Below, piece after piece: positions 57,318-64,000 of a stretch of 64,000 nt of DNA (within the stretch, counting starts at the first letter, position 1; every line of letters begins with the position of its first letter). The stretch comes from the human T2T-CHM13v2.0 reference genome, Homo sapiens. A program made the position numbers and the translations under genes. The notes under the pieces were generated by a model that had not been told where the DNA came from, did not search any database, and saw only the letters and a list, made by a program, of their open reading frames with translations. The stretch lies in assembly GCF_009914755.1 (NCBI RefSeq), contig NC_060927.1; one strand, 5' to 3'.

Positions 57318-57752
57318 AATATATATGATATATAATATATATATTATTTTCATATATTCATATATATTATATATAATATATATTATATTTATTTTATATA
57401 ATACATATTCCCCTATGGGAATAAGTAAGGCTTATATATATATATAGATATATATGATATATATGATATGTATCATACTAATATATACTAATACATATTC
57501 CCCTATGGGGATATGTATTAGTAAGGCATATATATACACAGACATAAATAAATAATATATATGATATATATGATATATACATTATACAAAATAAAAATAA
57601 TATTTATTATATAAAATATATAAAATATTTACATATAAAAATATAAGAATTATATAAAATATATAATATATCATATATAATATATCATATATATATATAT
57701 CAGCCTTACTAATACATATTCCCATAGGTGAATACATAGGGAATATGCATTA
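57318..57752. repeat. AT-rich low-complexity array with nested inverted repeats
   Basis: TA-rich tract containing the module aatacatattccc(c)tatggg...gtaaggc in both orientations. Confidence 0.9.
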
Positions 57753-58757
57753 TGTAAAATTAATTGAAAGGCATTTACGTGTCAAGCTCCATCCATTATC
57801 CATTTCGTCTTGCACCATGCAGTTTTTCTTTTACACTCTTTTGCCTCTTTAGGTTACTTAGGTTATTGATAGTATTAGGAGTCACTACGGAAACTTAATC
57901 AAGGAATTTGCCCTAATTCTTGAGGTGAAAATCATTTTCAGGGCCACTAATAGTAGTCAAATTCTCTGATCAATACTTTAAATATAGACTTGGAAAAATA
58001 TTCCTTTGGCTCAAAATGTTTTGGTTTTAGTTTACTTGACTCTGGTTTGACAATAACATATTATATGAATTTTGAAAAATCTTCATTTGAGAGTTCAGCG
58101 AATGTTTCATTCTGCTATGGAAGCAGCAAATAAATAATGAGAAGGTCCTGTATATGCTATTAGAAGAATGGGTCTGTGTTCTGGCTCTGCCATGTTCTAG
58201 CTGTGTTCTATTAGAAAGGTCTAATAATCTGTACGTGTTTAGTTTCATCATTTATATCAATATCGCTTTCATAGTATTTTATATGATGCAACAATACAAC
58301 ATATGTTAGAAAGCATTTTATGCCCCGCACGATGAAAACAATTGCATTCTTACTAGTTATGTTATGCAATGCTACATGCTCCAAAGTATAAAGGCACAGT
58401 CTCTGCCTCAATAAAGTAATAAATATGAGCAATCAACTGGTATAGGGTTTTAATTATATATCGTTAAATATAATATGTATTATTTTTATTTACTATAGAC
58501 AGATAAGCCATGTTAACTTTTTTTTGATGCAAGTTATTCTTCTATAAAATGAAATGGTTGGTTATATTCATGGCATGAACTCAGATTTAAATATCATTTA
58601 TTATTTGCTTCATATTAGTTAACATCTGCTAATTGGCCAATGTGTACCAAACACTGGGATAATCATGAGAAATAAAAAGATAAATGATAAAGTCCCTACA
58701 TTCCCATAGTAAAATGGAGGAGGTTGGATATATTATAAAACAATTATAATCTAGGAC

Positions 58758-58959
58758 AAATATTAGCAAAGTACATCCATTGGTCAAATCTGACCCACTT
58801 CCTATTTGTGTATGTGTTGAGAGCAAAGAATGGCTTTTACATTTTAATATGTAAAATGTTATAAAAGCATTAGTATTTCTGAGAAAATAGTTGCTCATTT
58901 TGTTTCACAAACCCTAAAATACTATCTGGCTCCTTTTAGAAAAAGTCTGCTGAGTTCTG
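58758..58959. mobile_element. MER58-type hAT-Charlie element inside an L2
   Basis: agcaaag...caaatctgaccc...aagaatggcttttacatttt...tactatctggctcctttt agaaaaagtctgctga. Confidence 0.7.
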
Positions 58960-59373
58960 ATTTAAAATGGTGATCAAAGTGAACAAATTATGCATAGGTT
59001 GCTTTGTAAATAACGGGATTAGATGGGGAAATTTTGAATGAACACATGATGGATCATGAAATGTGAATGATGTAGAGGAGTCAGCTAGGTAGGAGTGTGT
59101 GTGCATGTGATATGTTATGAAGGAAGACAAAGAGAACATTATGAAAATAAGCATGTGCAAGGGCATGGAATTGAAGGTGAGGACAAGTCCAGATAATTGC
59201 AGGTACTTCAGAAAGACTAGGGTACAGATCCTTTTATAGCTTTCCTAGGGTATTTGATCCTGAGCTTAGCAAAATCCTCCCGTGGAAAAATAATGGACAA
59301 ATAAATTATGATCATGTTTCCTATTTAGAAGAAACCACTCTGAAGACAATAAATGTATTGACTCATGAAAGGA

Positions 59374-59540
59374 GGCTGGGCACAAGGGCTCAGGATGCCT
59401 GTAAGCCCAGTGCTTTGGGAGGCTGAGGTGGGAGGATTGCTTGAGCCCCATAGTTAGAGGTTACAGTGATCCATGATTGCACCACTGCACTCCTGCCTGG
59501 GTGACAGAGCAAGACCTTGTCTCAAAAAATAATAATAATA
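59374..59540 (+). mobile_element. FRAM/FAM monomeric Alu
   Basis: Single right-type monomer with A(AT) tail. Confidence 0.85.
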
Positions 59541-59991
59541 TTGGAAGTGGAGGCAGAGATCATTATGACACTATTAGTGTAATTCTAACCAAGAATTGCG
59601 AATAAGGAGAAAGGGGGCGGTGGGGGGGAGTAAAAGGGAGAGAAAGAGAGGAGAAAAACAGAAAGAGAAAGAGGAGAAAGACAGAGAAAAGAAACAAAGA
59701 GGGGTGGGGGCATGGGAGAGATAGTAACTAGAAGAAGACAGATAAATAACACATTTGGAAGTTAGGATATATACTTGTTGTTGTACTTTTGTTACAGTAG
59801 AAGGGGCTTGATGCAAACACTCCAGCTGGAAATAAGCAGAAGGGATCTTGAAGGTAAACAGTATTTTTAAGAATTTGGCCTATTAAAGGAGCAGAAGGTA
59901 CTAACTAAGACTAGGTGATGCTTCCTCAAACATAAAATAGGAACGATGTGATTATTTAATAAGGTTAACAAGAAGATTATGTTGCTTAATA

Positions 59992-60330
59992 AAGTTGTGC
60001 ACCCATAAGCATGTCTTAGTCAATGATAGATCTCATATACAACAGTGGTCTCATAAGATTATAATATCACATTTTTACTGTACCTTTTCTATGTTTAGAT
60101 ACACAAATTCTTACTGTTGTGTTACACTTGCCTACAATGTTCAGTACAATAACATATTTCGCAGGTTTGTACCTAGAAGCAATAGGCTATACCAGATAGA
60201 GTAGGTGTGATGTAAGGGCATATTATCTAGTTTTATGTAAGAACACTGTAGGATGTTTGCACAATCTCAGAACTGCCTAACAATACATTTTTGAGAACAC
60301 ATATCTGTTGGGATAAGCAATGCATGACTG
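59992..60330 (+). mobile_element. Tigger3a (MER7A), near full length
   Basis: TIR-like ends (aagttgtgc... and ...gcatgactg) flanked by TA; internal cataagattataat and ctatgtttagatacacaaat. Confidence 0.85.
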
Positions 60331-60866
60331 TAATTTAAAGGAATTTGAACTGTGCCTAATAAATACGAGCTAAATTAATATTAGCTATTTTTACCTCATT
60401 GGATAAGTTACAGAAACTAAATCTCCTGCTCTGCAAAATTAGGATAATAACACCTATCTTTAGGGTTTTCAGGGAAATGTTTGCAAGGAACATATATCAC
60501 AAGATTGGTGCTCAATTAGTGTAGCTGCGTATGTACATGCTGAGAGGAAGGAGTCAGAAGTGTTAAAACACAGTGAAGCGGCAAATTTGTGATAGAGTGG
60601 TTGAAATAAAAAGGACCCTGAGGAGAAGGAAGGATTTATTTGGAGCCTAAACAAGCTGAATGGAAAGAAACATGGTTACTGATGATGATAATTTATCCCT
60701 AAGTGCAGGAAGTTAAGTTTGTTTGCTGAGAGTCAGAAGGGGTTGTAGGTGGAAAGTTTGTTGCTGAAATTTTGTAGTGGCTATTGAGAGGGGAAAAAAA
60801 AGAAATAAAAGTACTTTTGAGCTAGCTCCAGCTGAATTTGAACACCATGGTCTTATGCTTAATTGC

Positions 60867-60871
<5 letters not shown>

Positions 60872-60920
<49 letters not shown>
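60872..60920. repeat. (TA)n microsatellite, about 24 units
   Basis: Seen directly. Confidence 0.97.
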
Positions 60921-60923
<3 letters not shown>

Positions 60924-63900
60924 ATGCTCTTTCTTCAGTCTAAATGAATAAATGAAGAGGAAGAGGTGAGGTTTTATAGAGTAGGCTAGGAAGGAAGATT
61001 AGAGGAGGTGGAATCAGCTGCTAACTTGAAGCATTATTGACATGTTCAATGACATGATCTCTTGAATGGAAATAAAACAGTGCCTAAAAGTGGCTTTCCT
61101 GAAATTGGGAGAACAGAAGACATTGGAAAAAAAAACAAAAGAGATTGAAAAAACAAAAGAGATTGGAAGACTGTGAATTTGAAGAACATGGATACTGGCA
61201 AAGGAGTGAGAGATCTAGAAGGACTTGGCCCAATCACTGGTAATTGACGTCAAATATACATTCAGAAGTATCAGTCCATTCAGCCTGTGACAACTTCTAG
61301 ACGCAGCCACAGAAGTGGGATGCTAACATCTTCAGTGACTGGTGTTGGAAGGAATGTATAGAGCAAGCAGAGGCCAGAGCAGTCGCAGAGGGAGGGAGCG
61401 ACCAAAAATAACAGACTGAGGGGCCTGCATTTTGGAAAAGGTTCAAGAATTTCTGCAAAAATTACCAATTTTGAGTACATAAACAAAAGTTTTAAGTGGG
61501 TCCCTCCACCCTCAAATCGTGAGAAGGGTTTGAATGGTTGAATTTTATTGTCATTTCCAATTCTGAAAGGCTATGATAATCATAACTGCAATTAGAGGTC
61601 ATCATTTCATGTATTGGAGGAAAAGATCAGAATTATTTTTAGTAGCAGTAACAGAAATGTAGTGTACATAAAACAACACCAACAAAGTTTGCTGAAAATA
61701 CAAATTCTAGACTCCAGTCCTGCAAATACTGGTTCAGGTGCTTTTGAAATGTCAGTAACATATATTTTCTAAAAAGCATTTCTTATAGCATTACATTCTT
61801 GTAATGTACATTCTTATTTTGCATTCCATTCTCATAGGCAGTTGATAAGCTCATAAGCAGGTATATAAACTAAGTTCTGAAACCTCTAATATCATCCTAG
61901 TATTTTAATCTTTATGTCCAAAGTCATAGTCATCTCATATCATTTAATACAGTTGACACTACCTAAGAAAAAAAGAATCTCATTATGCTCCAATTTTAGT
62001 GTTTGATATTCATTTGAGAAAAAAAATACAACAATACCAAATTCTAAGCACCCATAATAAATATTTGTGGTACATTTCATGCTATTTAATTAGAAGTATG
62101 AAGTATTTAAGAATTTATACATGTATTTAGGATAGGCAAATTTAGATCATGGGTTAAAAGAAAAACATACATTTATTTCTGAGTTCTCTTTTTTTTTTCT
62201 AAAAAGCAGGATTTTTAAAGCTAATAAAATATTAAATATAGAATATGACATTAAAATAACTAGCTATCCTTTGAAGTCCAAATTTAGCCAATGCCTAGGG
62301 AATATCAAATGACCTGCATAAATTGTTTTCCCAGACATCTGTCTATAGTGATAATTTCATATGTATATATTCATTTATCTTTGTTAGTGCAAGGAATGTA
62401 TATGTGTGTGTGTATGCATGTGTGTGTTCCTGCTTCAAATAGGCTGCTAAAATTACTTTTTTTTCCCCTTGTAGTTGGAGAATGAACTCAGTTAGGAAAA
62501 TCATTATGGATTGCCTCATTAGAGGATTCTTGAAATTGCTTACTTGTGACTACCCGCCTAGAAAGCAATCTCTTGCTCCTTTGCCAGAGCATTGGAGAAG
62601 TAGGGGTTATTGAACCCTCTGTCATGTAAGGAGCTAGCAAATAAGGATGGGTTATGCTGAGAGAAAGCATACAACTCATTGTGAAGATGAATTCTGATTT
62701 GCATATTGCCCCGTAGACCCTGAGAATGGAATTGTTTTTTCCAATTATAGGTTGTATAGAAATATGGCTAGATTAACAATCAGTTTTTTCTTTGAATAGT
62801 GGTTTAGAGATACGAGTCTAACTTTCTCTGTGAATTGCATTATTTTGATGAATCAAAAGAGAACTTCCACAGGAAATGATACTTAGAATCATACCAGCAC
62901 ACATACATCACAGCACTCAGAAATTATAACTTGAAAAGTAACCAATTTGTTCTCCCGCTGGTGTCAAAGATATTCTTTTGGATCCCTGGGGTCAGGTTAC
63001 ATCCCTTAGACTTTTTTTGTATTTCCATTGCCTACCATAATTCCTGACACCTGTAGACAATCAGTAAATGTTGATTTAAAACTTACAGTATGAGTCGATT
63101 AAGTTTAGATTTTGCCAAAATTATTCTCTGCTAATTTTAGCAGAATCACTCTTATGATATTTACCTAATATCTACTAAAATTTTAACAATGTTTCTCATA
63201 TTATTTTCAGTAGAAAGAAAAAACTTCTAGTATTATTCATTAATAAATTTATATTTTTAAAGATTTTCATTAATTATTTTTATCAGCTAAAATCAATGTG
63301 TAACTTAATTTATACAATGTCAGTTTCTTAATTTGGTGATATTTTAGACTTCAATTATCCTGGCTTACTATTTTCATTTTTTCTTTTACATGTGAGAGCA
63401 CCAAACTAAACATATAGTACTTATTAACTTTTATTAGTTATGATTATCTTTGAAAAATTTGATATAACAGTATATTCATTCATCTATCCACTCAACAAAT
63501 ATGTATTAAGGGGCTATAATGTTTTAGAAACTGTTATACACATTGGGAATACAGTTATAAAAATCAAATTATTGCTTTATTTATCATATTACCTACACTT
63601 TGAATTCTACATTCCTATGACGATTATTGACTGCCCAAATTATAAATTATTTTTCTCTTTTGTTTTTATGCAGTCTCTTTAGTCTGCTTTTAAAGAAAAT
63701 AAAACTTCATTCTACGTATTTCTGATAATATTTAAATTTAAAGGTCACTTTGAAGTCAATTTTAATATTACCCTCTGAGATTGTAGCCACTCAATTTAGT
63801 ATTATCTAAAAACAAAAATAAAACTGCTGAACCAGGATTCCTCAGTTCGTAAGTTACTTGCTCAGGTTAATGTGACCCGTTTAAAAGCTAAGTAGTACCT

Positions 63901-64000
63901 CAGTGTCTTGCTGAGTCGCTTTGACTGTTGGTAATTTTTATCCACTTAACAGTAGAGGTGTTGTATAGTGGATATAAGAGTTACTAGTATATAATGATTG

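Noticed and set aside
59615-59720. Purine-rich GA tract (possible triplex)
   Set aside because: Ordinary low-complexity sequence without clear mirror symmetry.

Overview
AT-rich primate genomic DNA, most likely human: it carries AluY/S/J, L1PA, THE1 and HML-6 LTR3 sequences. It looks like a large intron or gene desert. I cannot support any cellular protein-coding gene, tRNA or rRNA. The only real coding signal is decayed L1 ORF2 (reverse transcriptase) at 27.6-29.5 kb; the other ORFs in the track are Alu, LTR, microsatellite or chance ORFs. The window contains a full-length THE1 provirus with both LTRs, four solo LTRs with visible TSDs (MER57, MSTA, LTR1/LTR27-like, LTR3), Tigger and hAT DNA transposon relics, about 14 Alus, and old L1M/L2/MIR/L3 fragments. 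Family names come from my recollection of consensus sequences, not from a search. Features not explained by repeats: a ~45-100 bp element present twice 19 kb apart (6.3 and 25.2 kb), a GC-shifted ~4 kb block around a TSD-less L1PA, a ~215 bp dispersed duplication, a nested palindromic AT-rich array at 57.3-57.75 kb, a 14-bp-stem hairpin, and several candidate exons including a 15-nt microexon. I found no convincing new biological system; these are leads to test.
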